Source: an uncultured Bacillota bacterium
GTDB lineage: Bacteria > Bacillota > DTU025 > MWDF01
DNA: 64,000 nt
NCBI GenBank assembly: GCA_963823655.1
Contig: CAWGMK010000012.1
Location: forward strand, 64,001-128,000
Reading direction: 5' to 3'
Positions 54,020-64,000 of the stretch are shown here, in pieces. The stretch's first letter is position 1. Every line of letters begins with the position of its first letter. A program made the translations under genes and the position numbers. A model generated the notes under the pieces. The model did no database searches. It was not told where the DNA came from and saw nothing but the letters and a program-made list of their open reading frames with translations.

Positions 54020-55483
54020 TTATTTGACTTCGCTTAGAGGTATTCCAAGGGCTTTGGCAACGCCCTTGCCGTATGCGGGGTCCGCCTTCAGGCAGTTGCC
54101 GATGTGCCTCAGCTTGATCTCCTTCGGGGCGTCGCCCATGGCCCTTGCCGTGTTCTCGAAGAGGACCTTCTGCTGCGCTGGGCTCATCAGCCTGAACAGC
54201 TTGCCGGGCTGGGTGTAATAGTCATCGTCGTCCTCGCGGAAGTCCCAGTTGTAGGCGTCACCGTAGAGCTTCAGCACCGGCTCGTTGAACTTGGGCTGCT
54301 CCTGCCACTTGCCGTAGCTGTTGGGCTCGTAGCCTATGGTGGAGCCGGCGTTGGAGTTGACCCTCATCTGGCCGTCCCTGTGGTAGCTGTTGACCGGGCA
54401 GCGGGGGGCGTTCACCGGTATCTGGTGGTGGTTTACGCCGAGCCTGTAGCGCTGCGCGTCGCCGTAGGAGAAGAGCCTTCCGTGGAGCATCTTGTCGGGG
54501 GAGAAGCCTATGCCGGGGACGATGTTCGCCGGGTTGAAGGCCGCCTGCTCGACTTCTGCGAAGTAGTTCTCGGGGTTGCGGTTAAGCTCGAAGTAGCCGA
54601 CCTCGATGAGGGGGAACTCCTTCTTGAACCACACCTTGGTCAGGTCGAATGGGTTGTAGGGCATCTTGAGCGCCTGCTCCTCGGTCATGACCTGGATGAA
54701 CATCTTCCAGCGCGGGAACTCGCCGCGGTCTATGGCCTCCAAAAGGTCCTTCTGGTGGCTTTCGCGGTCCTTGGCCACGATGGCCTCGGCCTGCTGGTCG
54801 GTCAGGGTCTTGATGCCCTGCTGGCATACAAGGTGGAACTTCACCCAGACGCGCTCGTTCTTGGCGTTGATCATGCTGAAGGTGTGGCTGCCGAAGCCGT
54901 GCATGTGCCTGTAGGAAAGGGGAATGCCCCTGTCGCTCATGGTGATGGTCACCTGATGCAAGGCCTCAGGCAGCGAGCTCCAGAAGTCCCAGTTGTTCTT
55001 CGCGCTTCTCATATTGGTCCTGGGGTCGCGCTTTACCGCGTGGTTGAGATCGGGGAACTTGAGGGGGTCTCTCAGGAAGAAGACGGGCGTGTTGTTGCCC
55101 ACCAGGTCCCAGTTGCCCTCCTCGGTGTAGAACTTCATCGCGAAGCCGCGTATGTCGCGCTCTGCGTCTGCCGCGCCGCGCTCGCCTGCCACTGTTGAGA
55201 AGCGGACGAACATGTCGGTCTGCTTGCCGATTTTGGAGAAGATCGCAGCCTTCGAGTACTTGGTGATGTCGTGCGTGACGGTGAATGTGCCGTAGGCGCC
55301 TGAGCCTTTGGCGTGCATCCTGCGCTCGGGGATTACTTCCCTGTCGAAATGGGCGAGCTTCTCAAGAAACCAAACATCCTGAAGCAGCATGGGGCCTCTT
55401 GGGCCCGCGGTCTTGGCGTTCTGGTTGTCGGCCACCGGCGCTCCGGCGACTGTCGTCAGCTTCTCCTTCTTCACCTTGTCCAT
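54020..55483 (-). CDS. katA: Monofunctional heme catalase
   Basis: [35 protein letters not shown]. Confidence 0.97.
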   Translation of the reverse strand: MDKVKKEKLTTVAGAPVADNQNAKTAGPRGPMLLQDVWFLEKLAHFDREVIPERRMHAKGSGAYGTFTVTHDITKYSKAAIFSKIGKQTDMFVRFSTVAGERGAADAERDIRGFAMKFYTEEGNWDLVGNNTPVFFLRDPLKFPDLNHAVKRDPRTNMRSAKNNWDFWSSLPEALHQVTITMSDRGIPLSYRHMHGFGSHTFSMINAKNERVWVKFHLVCQQGIKTLTDQQAEAIVAKDRESHQKDLLEAIDRGEFPRWKMFIQVMTEEQALKMPYNPFDLTKVWFKKEFPLIEVGYFELNRNPENYFAEVEQAAFNPANIVPGIGFSPDKMLHGRLFSYGDAQRYRLGVNHHQIPVNAPRCPVNSYHRDGQMRVNSNAGSTIGYEPNSYGKWQEQPKFNEPVLKLYGDAYNWDFREDDDDYYTQPGKLFRLMSPAQQKVLFENTARAMGDAPKEIKLRHIGNCLKADPAYGKGVAKALGIPLSEVK

Positions 55484-55496
55484 TTATTGGCCTCCT

Positions 55497-55918
55497 TCAT
55501 TCGTCTTTACTTGAACAATCGCTGCATTTACCCCTGAAATAAACATCTTTGGAATTTACTTTGAACCCGTCGAGCCCTCCGGCTTTGAAATCCTCAACAT
55601 TGATCTGGAAGTTGTAGATGCGCCCGCATTCATCGCATTTGAAGTGCCCGTGGCTTTCGGTCGTCGCGTCGAACCTCGCCTCTTTGTCCTCTATGCTAAT
55701 CTCCCTTGCGAGGCCCGCCTCCACTAAGGCATATAGGGCATTGTAGACCGTAGCTTTGGATAAGGGACGGCAGCTCCTTAGCCAGGGCTTTGTAGATCTC
55801 ATCGGCGGTCGGGTGCCTCTCGCCGCAGCAGAGGTACTCGAGAACCCTTATGCGCTGTTGGGATGCGCGAAGCCCCTTTTCGGCCAGCTTCTCATATAGA
55901 TCTGCTGTAATCGCCCAT
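55497..55918 (-). CDS. perR: Fur-family peroxide regulator, two indels
   Basis: GLRASQQR..VLEYL...HPTADEIY; SKATVYNAL; HGHFKCDEC..G.C..C; directly upstream of katA. Confidence 0.8.
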
Positions 55919-55961
55919 CTAGAGGTGCCTTCTTCCGAAGTAAATTATATTTGTTATTATA

Positions 55962-55976
55962 TTGTAATGATTATAA
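55962..55976. promoter_or_regulatory. Per box
   Basis: TTGTAATGATTATAA, one mismatch to TTATAATNATTATAA. Confidence 0.75.
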
Positions 55977-56112
55977 TTTATTATCCCATTTGAAAGTCGG
56001 GGTGTCAATGTCAGAGGGGGATTGCACGAAGCCTCTCATCCTCCATAAAACCTCCACATTTGATATGTAAGATGAAACCAGAGACCAAGAAAAATAAGGA
56101 GGAACAACATTA

Positions 56113-56703
56113 ATGAAGAGATTTGGCGTAATGGCATTGGTTCTGGCAATGGTAGCCGTTGCCGCAATGGGAATCTACGTAGCAGCAGCAGATGAAGCGC
56201 CCGGCATGCAGCAGGGCAAGCCCGCGGCAGTAGTCGCACCGGTAGCCCAGGCTCAGGCCTTCACATACAAGCACCCCCTCGAGATCCTGGCGGAAGTCTC
56301 CGGCAAGAGCCTCGATGAGGTAAGGACGCTTGTAGCGGGCAAGGGCGTATGGGAAGTAGTCGAGGAGCTCAAAGTCGTTGACAAGTTCACCAAGGCTTTC
56401 TCGGATTACAAGCTCGCCATGGTAGATTATATGGTCAGCGTCGGCAAGGTAAGCAAGGAAGACGCGGCGGCCTTTAAAACAGAGTTTGCGGCAAAAGTAG
56501 CAGCCGGCGAGCTTGGCAAGGATTTTGCCGGCGAGTGCGGGCTTAACCTCGGTATGGGTGCCGGTCGCGGCATGATGGGCGGTCGCGGAGGCAACGGCGG
56601 TTGCGGCGGCTGCGGAATGAACGGTAACACCAATACTACAGGCAAGGGCTTCGGCGGCAACACTGTCCAGAGGCAGGGAATGATGGGCGGACGCTGGAAC
56701 TAA
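56113..56703 (+). CDS. Secreted protein with Gly/Met-rich tail (DUF2680-like)
   Basis: Signal peptide; V..GKVSKEDA; GMGAGRGMMGG tail; terminator at 56726-56758. Confidence 0.7.
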   Translation: MKRFGVMALVLAMVAVAAMGIYVAAADEAPGMQQGKPAAVVAPVAQAQAFTYKHPLEILAEVSGKSLDEVRTLVAGKGVWEVVEELKVVDKFTKAFSDYKLAMVDYMVSVGKVSKEDAAAFKTEFAAKVAAGELGKDFAGECGLNLGMGAGRGMMGGRGGNGGCGGCGMNGNTNTTGKGFGGNTVQRQGMMGGRWN

Positions 56704-56918
56704 GCTGACAGGATAACGGTTCTTTGGCGGGGTCTCGTATGAGGCCCCGTCTTTTTTTGTCCTGGTGTAGAGCAGGGTGCAGCTCGTATGGAAGGGTTGC
56801 TGCCAAGGCTTGTGAAGTTATCAAGAAAGGCTTCCAGCTGCTTCCATTGTGCGAATGTTGTTGATTTTATTATTAAGAGGAATAGAATGAATGAGTGCCA
56901 AAGAAAGAAGATGGCAAT

Positions 56919-58813
56919 ATGTCATTAGTAAAGGCATTCAAGAAGAGCTTAAGGGCAAAGATACTATTAGGGTACCTAATCATAATCGGCATCCTGATGT
57001 TGGTCAGCTTGTGGGTCATATTCAGCACTGTTGCGATAAACAGGGCTGTTGAAGACATCACCATCGACAGCTACAGAAGCCTTGCTGCCGTCCACGGCAT
57101 GCTAAGCTCGCTGGACAAGCAGAACATGGCCCAGTCGGGCATGTTCATCGACGAGGAGTTCGAGGACAACGAACAGATCTACTGGCAGGCAGATAAGTCA
57201 TTCAGGCTGAGCCTTGCACAAGCACAGAACAACATAACCTACCCGGGGAGTCCGAGGCGCTCTCTGAAGTGTCCGACCAATACGACCTATATTCCAGGAG
57301 CATGATCAAGACGAGGACCTATATCCTCTCCGATAAGCTTGCAGAGGCTGCACTAGAGCATAGGACCGCCTCCGAGGCGTATGCTAAGATCACAAGCGCC
57401 CTGGAATCCCTTTACTCCATCAACCAGGACTATATGGAGAAATCCACCGACAACGCAAAGACGATTGCAGGCAGGGCCATAACTTCGGCTGTTGCAGTCA
57501 GCATAATCGGGCTAATCATTGCCCTTTATCTGGGCTATACCGTCTCCAATATAATAATCAGGCCCACTAAGATACTTACCGAGAGCGCAAAGAAGGTCGC
57601 ACTCGGCGAGCTTGGCACGGTCGCAGACGTCGGCTCCGAGGACGAGATAGGCTCCCTTGCAAATGAGTTCAACATCATGACCAGAAAGCTCAGGGAGTAC
57701 GACGAGGCCAACATCGACAAGCTGGTTACCGAGCAGCGCAAGTCGGAGGCGATAATCGGAAGCATCGCGGACCCGATAATCGTCCTGGATAAGTCCATGA
57801 GGTGCCTGAAAGTGAACAGGGCAGCGATGACTGCTTTCGGCCACGAGGGGCAGGAGGCGCTGGGCAAGCACATATTGGAGCTTATAGACGACCGCATCGC
57901 GCTTGAGACCGCGCAGAAATGCCTTGAGCGCAACCGGGTGCTATCGTTCAGCGGCACGAAGAGGATAATCAGCCTTCCGGACGGGGAGAAGCAGAAGTAT
58001 TACAGGATAGAGGCGGCGCCTTTCGGAGACGTCGGCGACAGGCCCCAGGGCGTCATACTCTATTTCGCGGACGTGACCTACTTCAAGGAAGTCGACAAGC
58101 TCAAGACCGATTTCGTCTCGACGGCCTCACATGAGTTCAGGACCCCGCTTGCATCCATGGTCATGGCGGTGGAGCTGCTCTTGGAGGAGAAGGCCGGCCC
58201 GCTTACCGACAAGCAGAGGAAGCTGACCGGCATAGTCAGGGAGGACTGCTCAAGGCTTCAGGAGCTGGTAAGCGAGCTTCTGGACATCTCCAAGCTGGAG
58301 TCGGGCAAGATGAGCTTCAACCTGGGGCCTGTGTCCTTGAATGAGGCCTTCACATCGGCTGCAGTCTCCCTGCTGCCCCTTTTCAAGGACAAGGACGTCG
58401 AGCTCATAGTCGACGATGCGGCGGATATGCCGCCGGTATATGCGGATTCGAAGAAGCTGTCGCTTGTGATCAGCAACCTGCTGTCCAACGCGCTAAGGTA
58501 CACGGACGCGGGCGGCAGCGTGAAGATAAGCTCCGAGAACATGGGCTCTGTCGTCAGGATCGATATCGTCGACACGGGGATCGGCATACCTGAGAGCGTC
58601 CAGGCGAGGGTGTTCGAGAGGTTCTTCCAGATGCAAGGGGACGAGAAACACAGGGCGGGTGGCGCAGGCTTAGGCCTTGCCCTCGTCAAGGAGATAGTCG
58701 AGGCGATGGGCGGGAAAGTAGAGCTCAAAAGCAAAGAGGGGGAGGGCTCGAAGTTCAGCTTCACGCTCAATGCCATAAGCAAGCCGGACAGGATCGGTGG
58801 AGAGATTTCATGA
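56919..58813 (+). CDS. Sensor histidine kinase (TM-sensor-TM-HAMP-PAS-HisKA-HATPase), frameshifted near 57250
   Basis: DEIGSLA HAMP, ASHEFRTPL, NLLSNALRY, DTGIGI, GAGLGL. Confidence 0.9.
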
Positions 58814-59181
58814 AGAAGATACTGATTGCGGAAGATTCGCCAAATATTGCTGCCATGGTGGGCCTGTGCCTTGAAGACGAGGGCTATGCCGTGATTAGCC
58901 AGGAGGACGGCATAAACGCATTAAGGTCCATATATGACGATAAGCCGGACCTGGTGCTGCTGGACCTGGTGCTGCCCAGGATGAGCGGCCTTCTAATACT
59001 TAGGACTTTGAGGGAGAACCCGGCGACGAAGGATCTGCCGGTGATAGTAATAAGCGCAAAATCCCAGAAGGAAGACATACAGGAGGCATATGGCCAAGGG
59101 GCTGACGACTATCTGGTCAAACCGTTTACGCCGGCTGAACTGCTAAGCCATATTTCAAGCCTCATTGGGGAGGGAAAATGA
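58810..59181 (+). CDS. Single-domain response regulator
   Basis: ILIAED, LLDLVLP, GADDYLVKPF. Confidence 0.92.
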   Translation: MKKILIAEDSPNIAAMVGLCLEDEGYAVISQEDGINALRSIYDDKPDLVLLDLVLPRMSGLLILRTLRENPATKDLPVIVISAKSQKEDIQEAYGQGADDYLVKPFTPAELLSHISSLIGEGK

Positions 59182-59872
59182 TGAACATACTCATAGTTGA
59201 CGACGACAGGAACATCAGGGCGATGATCAGAGAGTGCCTCGAACAGGAGGGCACGTCCATCGACGAGGCTATAACAGGAGAGCAGGCGATAGACAAGGTG
59301 GACGCCGCTCCCAAGCCATATGACGTGGTCCTGCTCGATATGAAGATGCCCGGAATGGGCGGCATGCAGGCGCTCAGGCACATGAAGATCGCACACCCGG
59401 GGCTGCAAGTCGTGATGATCACAGCCTACGGCACGGTCGAGACGGCAGTCGAGGCGATAAAACTCGGCGCCGTCGACTACCTGAGGAAGCCGTTTACCCC
59501 CAATGCAGTAAGGGCGATCGTCCAGCAGGTGGCAGCAAGGCCGAAGCTTCCGACGGTGCGGCCGAGACCGACTACACGAAAGTGAAGGCAAGCCGCGACG
59601 AGATGATATCCGCAGTGAAGAACCTGCTGGTATACGGGAAGGCCGAGGATGCCATGGCGCTGTTGCAGAGGATTGTCGGCGAAAACCCCGATGATCCGGA
59701 GGCATACAACCTTCTGGGCCTTCTAATGGAGGTCAAGGGCGACATGCTGGCGGCGCAAAGGATGTACAGGGCGGCTTTGGGGCTGGATCCGACTTACGAA
59801 CCTGCAAGGGAGAACCTGGCCAATACCACCGAGATGAAGTACAGGAGCCAGAACATACAGAAGATAAAGTAG
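59178..59872 (+). CDS. Response regulator with C-terminal TPR, frameshifted near 59550-59580
   Basis: ILIVDD, LLDMKMP, ITAYG, KPF; then PEAYNLLG..YRAALGLDPTYEPARENL. Confidence 0.8.
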
Positions 59873-59926
59873 GAAGGCCGCGCGGTGGCCGATCCGCGCT
59901 TTTCGTAAGGATTGAGGTGCAGACAT

Positions 59927-60361
59927 ATGTATATTGTAATCGCAGGCTGCGGCAGGCTGGGCTCCCACCTGGCAGCGTCCATGTCCGGCAAAGGGCATGA
60001 TATTGCGATAATTGACAGCGATTCTGGAAACTTCGCAAAGCTAGAGCCCGATTTCGACGGGATAACCATAACCGGCGTGCCGATAGACGAGGATGTCTTA
60101 AAGAAGGCCGGCATTGAAAAAGCTGATGTGCTCGCAGCCGTCACCAACGACGACAACTTGAATATCATGGCGGCGCAGATAGCCAGCAGGATATTCAAAG
60201 TAAAAAGCGTGTTCGTGCGCATCGGCGACCCGAAGAAAGAGGAGTTCTACAAGAGCAATTTCGGCCTGAATACACTCTCTTTGATCATGTTCGGCTCCGA
60301 ATACATCGAGGACATGATAGAGGGGCATTCGAGCCTGCATGGCGAGGAGGGTGTACGTTGA
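59927..60361 (+). CDS. trkA: TrkA-N (RCK) potassium uptake protein, short form
   Basis: IAGCGRLG, AGIEKAD, VTNDDNLN. Confidence 0.88.
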   Translation: MYIVIAGCGRLGSHLAASMSGKGHDIAIIDSDSGNFAKLEPDFDGITITGVPIDEDVLKKAGIEKADVLAAVTNDDNLNIMAAQIASRIFKVKSVFVRIGDPKKEEFYKSNFGLNTLSLIMFGSEYIEDMIEGHSSLHGEEGVR

Positions 60362-61014
60362 ACATTGTAATCATAGGCGGGGGCAAGGTCGGATACTACC
60401 TTGTAAAGACCCTTACAGAAAGCGGAAGGCACAGCATCACCCTTCTTGAGAAGGACGCCGAGAGGTGTTCGGATATCGCCGAGGAGCTGGACTGCCTGGT
60501 CATCAGGGCCGACGGTACGGACATCAACGCGCTGGCGCAGGCGGGGGTGGACGACGCCGACGTGTTAGTAGCGGTATCTGGACAGGACCAGGACAACCTG
60601 GTGGCCTGCCAGATCGCAAAGACCAAGTACGGCATCAGCAAGACAATAGCCAGGGTCAACAACCCCAAGAACCACGAGGTCTTCAAGCTCCTGGGGGTGG
60701 ACGGCACAGTAAGCAGCACGGGCATAATCGCCCAGCTTATCGAGGGCGAGCTCACTTCCGGGGATATCCATACTCTCCTCAGGTTCGAAGGCGGGGAGCT
60801 GGAGCTGGTGGAAGTGGTCATTGAAGAGGGCTCGAAGAAGGCGGGCAAGGCAATATCCGCCCTCGGGCTTCCCAAGGACTGCATCATAGTTACGATCTAT
60901 AGGGCAGGCAAGGTGATCATCCCGACGGGGGCCACTGTCATACAAGGCGGGGACAAGGTTGTGGCGCTCACCTTCCCTGGCAAGAAGAAGAACCTGAGAA
61001 GCCTGTTCGCGTGA
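60358..61014 (+). CDS. trkA: TrkA (RCK-N plus RCK-C) potassium uptake protein
   Basis: IIGGGKVG, DQDNLVACQ, IARVNNP, IP.G.T.I..GD. Confidence 0.92.
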   Translation: MNIVIIGGGKVGYYLVKTLTESGRHSITLLEKDAERCSDIAEELDCLVIRADGTDINALAQAGVDDADVLVAVSGQDQDNLVACQIAKTKYGISKTIARVNNPKNHEVFKLLGVDGTVSSTGIIAQLIEGELTSGDIHTLLRFEGGELELVEVVIEEGSKKAGKAISALGLPKDCIIVTIYRAGKVIIPTGATVIQGGDKVVALTFPGKKKNLRSLFA

Positions 61015-61027
61015 CGAGGTGGTATAG

Positions 61028-61157
61028 ATGATCGAATTCGGTGAACAAGACGCGCGGCAGATGGATAGGCGGTATGGCCGCAGAGGTGGCCTATACTGTC
61101 GTTTGCATGCTCATCGGGCTTGCGCTGTGTGCCTTAGTGTACATGGCGGTGAGGTAG
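61028..61157 (+). CDS. Small single-TM protein (about 40 aa), absent from the ORF track
   Basis: GAGGTG RBS before ATG 61028; frame from GTG 61041 reads VNKTRGRWIGGMAAEVAYTVVCMLIGLALCALVYMAVR*. Confidence 0.55.
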
Positions 61158-61160
61158 GAT

Positions 61161-62678
61161 ATGGTCTCTTTTACTGCGAAAACGTCGGATTACAGGCTCA
61201 TTTCATATTATATCGGCCGCATAACGCTCGGCATCTCCATCCTGATGGGCATACCGCTCGTAGTTTCCCTTGCCTATGGGGAATGGTCCAGCGCGCTGGA
61301 CTTCCTCATCGGCGGGATTGCGTCTTGGTGCGTAGGAAAGGCCTTCGAGCTAATCGGAAGCCGTGACAAGCAGGCGGGCTGGATACACGGCATGGTGGCG
61401 TCCTCGCTTTCGTGGATAGTAGCCATGGTCCTGGCTGCCATTCCCTACTACCTGAGCGGGCATTTCGTCAGCTTCCTCGATGCGATGTTCGACACGATGA
61501 GCGGCTTTACTACGACGGGGCTTGTCCTTGCCCAGGATTTGGACCACCTCTCCATGGGAATGAACATGTGGAGGCATCTGATAACCTTCGTGGGCGGGCA
61601 GGGGATGGTCGTCCTTGCGCTCACATTCCTGTTCAAGACTTCAGCCGGCGGATACAAGATGTACGTGGGCGAGGGCAAGGATGAAAGGCTGATGCCAAGC
61701 GTACTGCATACTTCAAGGGAGATATGGAAGATAAGCCTCATCTATATGGCGATTGGGACTTTCGCGCTTTGGATAGCCGGGCTTTTCATAGGGCTTTCCC
61801 CCCTAAGGTCCTTCTGGCACGGGCTTTGGGTGTTCATGGCCGCATGGAGCACGGGCGGCTTCGCGCCGCAGTCGCAGAACATCCTGTTCTACCACAGCCT
61901 TGTATATGAAGTGGTCACGATGGTGATCTTCATCATCGGTTCGTTCAACTTCGCGCTGCATTATGCAGTATGGAGCGGCGACAGGAAGGAGACCTTCAGG
62001 AACATCGAGACAGTCTCCTTCATAATCACCTTGACTTTGCTTAGCGCCCTTGCGGCTTACGGGCTTGGCAGGACCGGCGCTTACTCCTCTTTGCTGTCAT
62101 TATTCAGGAAAGGCTTCTACAACCTGGTATCGGGGCATACGACTACGGGCTTCATGACAATATACGCCCAGCAGTTCATTAACGAGTGGGGAGATGCCGC
62201 ACTTTGGGCGATTTGCATCATGATGCTCATCGGCGGAAGCGCCTGCTCTACCGCAGGAGGGTTCAAGGGGCTTAGGATCGGACTTGTTTTCAAGGAGCTC
62301 ATCCATGAGGCAAGAAGGATGCTGGCGCCGGAAAATGCGGTGATCGTGCAGAAATACAGGCACATTAAGGATACGGTGCTTGATGATAAAGTTGTGAAAT
62401 CGGCCATGACAGTGATTATTCTGTATGTGCTGACTTTCCTCATGGGCACTCTTGGCGGCATACTCTCAGGCTTTGGGCTGAAAGAAGCGCTGTTCGAAGC
62501 GGCCTCTGTTACAGGCAACGTCGGCTTGAGCTGCGGAGTAACTAGCGCTGCAATGCCGGCCGGCCTAAAGGTGCTTTACATTGCGATCATGTGGGTGGCA
62601 AGGCTTGAGTTCATCTCCGTAATCGCCTTGCTGGGGCTTCTTTTCTCGGGATTTAGGAGCAGGAGGGCAAAGGCATGA
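61161..62678 (+). CDS. trkH: TrkH/KtrB potassium uptake membrane subunit
   Basis: Four P-loops SGFTTTG, WSTGG, SGHTTTG, TGNVG; GGSACSTAGG; RLE. Confidence 0.92.
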   Translation: MVSFTAKTSDYRLISYYIGRITLGISILMGIPLVVSLAYGEWSSALDFLIGGIASWCVGKAFELIGSRDKQAGWIHGMVASSLSWIVAMVLAAIPYYLSGHFVSFLDAMFDTMSGFTTTGLVLAQDLDHLSMGMNMWRHLITFVGGQGMVVLALTFLFKTSAGGYKMYVGEGKDERLMPSVLHTSREIWKISLIYMAIGTFALWIAGLFIGLSPLRSFWHGLWVFMAAWSTGGFAPQSQNILFYHSLVYEVVTMVIFIIGSFNFALHYAVWSGDRKETFRNIETVSFIITLTLLSALAAYGLGRTGAYSSLLSLFRKGFYNLVSGHTTTGFMTIYAQQFINEWGDAALWAICIMMLIGGSACSTAGGFKGLRIGLVFKELIHEARRMLAPENAVIVQKYRHIKDTVLDDKVVKSAMTVIILYVLTFLMGTLGGILSGFGLKEALFEAASVTGNVGLSCGVTSAAMPAGLKVLYIAIMWVARLEFISVIALLGLLFSGFRSRRAKA

Positions 62679-63175
62679 GAATGAAGGTAGCCCTGGCTGT
62701 CATTTTCCTCATATGCGCCTCGGCGCCCTTATCTGCGCAGATTGTCACTTGCCAGCAGCTAATCAATGAGGCTGCCGTCTGGGATGGGAAAACTGTATCC
62801 ATCGCAGGGGAAGTCGTCGGGGATATACTCAGGGCGGGTAAATTCGAGTGGCTCAACGTGAATGACGGGACCAATGCGCTTGGAGTATGGACCGATACCT
62901 TGGATGTAGAGGGCATGGAAATCGTGCCCGGCAACTACAGCATCACCGGCACTTCCCTGGAGGTTGAAGGAATATTCAATCGTACATGCAGCCTGCACTC
63001 AGGAGAGACGGATATACACCTTGTCAATGTGAAGGTGGTCGGAGAACATAATGAAGTGACGCATCCGGTGGATGGGGACAGGCTATTGTATGCTGCCATT
63101 TTATTAGGGCTTGCAGCAGTTCTTACATGGGCAGTCGCCTCAAGAAAGAAATCATCCAGGGGAATGAAAGCCTAA
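62675..63175 (+). CDS. Exported OB-fold-like protein with C-terminal TM anchor
   Basis: Signal peptide; DGKTV.I.GEVVGD, W.NVNDG, HSGETDIH; C-terminal TM. Confidence 0.65.
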   Translation: MRMKVALAVIFLICASAPLSAQIVTCQQLINEAAVWDGKTVSIAGEVVGDILRAGKFEWLNVNDGTNALGVWTDTLDVEGMEIVPGNYSITGTSLEVEGIFNRTCSLHSGETDIHLVNVKVVGEHNEVTHPVDGDRLLYAAILLGLAAVLTWAVASRKKSSRGMKA

Positions 63176-63708
63176 TAATCCGCAAACTACATATCAAAGC
63201 TTACAGGGCCGTTTCCGTTTGGGAACGGCCTTTCTTATTCAGGCACCGCATCGGCAAATCTCAGGCAGCCGCTACCATCATTCTGATCTTGTTATGGACC
63301 GGCCCTGCCCAAATTCCGGACTTTTGTTAACATTGTGTGAACATCGAGCAGTCCGGGAACACTTTGGAAGCTCCGTTCGTAGTTATAAGTGAACGGGACG
63401 AAAAGGACCAAGAGGATTGCAACCGGGGCCTTCCAAAGGGAAAGAAAAGCAAGGGCACACGGCGGATGCCGGCAAAGGATGTGGTCAATGAGTAAGGGAA
63501 TTTTCGGATCATCAAGTTTAGCGGGTAAAGGTAAGTCTGATACAGCGCCGGAAGGCCCCGTTCACATAGAGCCAGAGGCGAAATAAGAGGAAACAGGGAT
63601 TTCAAGGGACACAAGGAATGCTAAGGACAATTCGGGTCTACCTCACTTCAATACTGTAAGCCACATGAAGACAGCTGCCGTCAAGGGTGAGATGGCAGCT
63701 GTCCTTTT

Positions 63709-64000
63709 TCATATTAGTTCCTCGTAATCGCCTGAAATCACCAGGTTGAAGTCCCTTACGAAAATGCTGTCGGCATCGGTTGAGGAGCTCAGCTCGCAGT
63801 AAATGACGATTTCGTACCATTCGGCGAAGTAGTCTTCAGCGGAATAGCCACCAACTAATACATCATTTATGTAGCACCTATAGTAATTGCCCCTCTTGGA
63901 AATCACTATCTCGTTCTCCCCGGGGTTTACGAGCCCGGGTATGACAGGCCCCATTGCGACGCGATTGACGCTGCTTGTGACCTTTTCGCAGAGCTTTATT
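63709..64000 (-). CDS. C-terminal part of another family A lipoprotein-like gene (truncated by the window edge)
   Basis: IPGLVNPGENEIVISKRG..YIND resembles IPGLNRDGENIVVITKTG at 12250; hairpin at 63670-63705. Confidence 0.55.
   Translation of the reverse strand, partial: IKLCEKVTSSVNRVAMGPVIPGLVNPGENEIVISKRGNYYRCYINDVLVGGYSAEDYFAEWYEIVIYCELSSSTDADSIFVRDFNLVISGDYEELI

Noticed and set aside
54104-55198. Long antisense ORFs (also 1637-2593 and 41292-42065) and the alternate-frame ORF 25187-26056
   Set aside because: Shadows of GC3-biased real genes (katA, oxidoreductase, pilT, MFS).
63451-63470. Similarity to the 5' end of 23S rRNA (AAGGGCACACGGCGGATGCC)
   Set aside because: The resemblance covers only about 20 nt and does not extend.

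Overview
Bacterial chromosomal window, probably an anaerobic Bacillota-type organism (inferred from PerR-katA, DegV, LCP, many lipoproteins and SigH-like promoters). I saw no rRNA, tRNA or CRISPR array. More than 20 otherwise ordinary genes are broken by single-base indels, which most likely reflects long-read or consensus errors rather than real pseudogenes; gene calls below join the fragments. Main content: an expanded family of unknown lipoproteins including a mosaic tandem triplet (5.7-15.5 kb and 63.7 kb); azlCD, pirin and a VTC/DUF4956/carbohydrate-binding operon; a peptide ABC transporter with an M14 peptidase; a MerR/TipA gene followed by an AT-rich region and a 96-bp tandem array of paired palindromes (AGTAAAG-N5-CTTGACT) interrupted by an IS3 element, with a dispersed copy of the palindrome pair at 35.3 kb; an rsgA homologue behind a leader-peptide attenuator; an ECF sigma/anti-sigma pair and pilT; a divergent locus joining pgsB-pgsC-pgsW (no pgsA) plus a Gx-transporter/NusG-II fusion to a DUF6305-TRAP-deacylase-C69 peptidase operon; SPFH-RHH; perR-katA; and a two-component/Trk potassium operon with an unannotated small membrane protein. 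All calls come from motif recognition by eye; no database searches were run.
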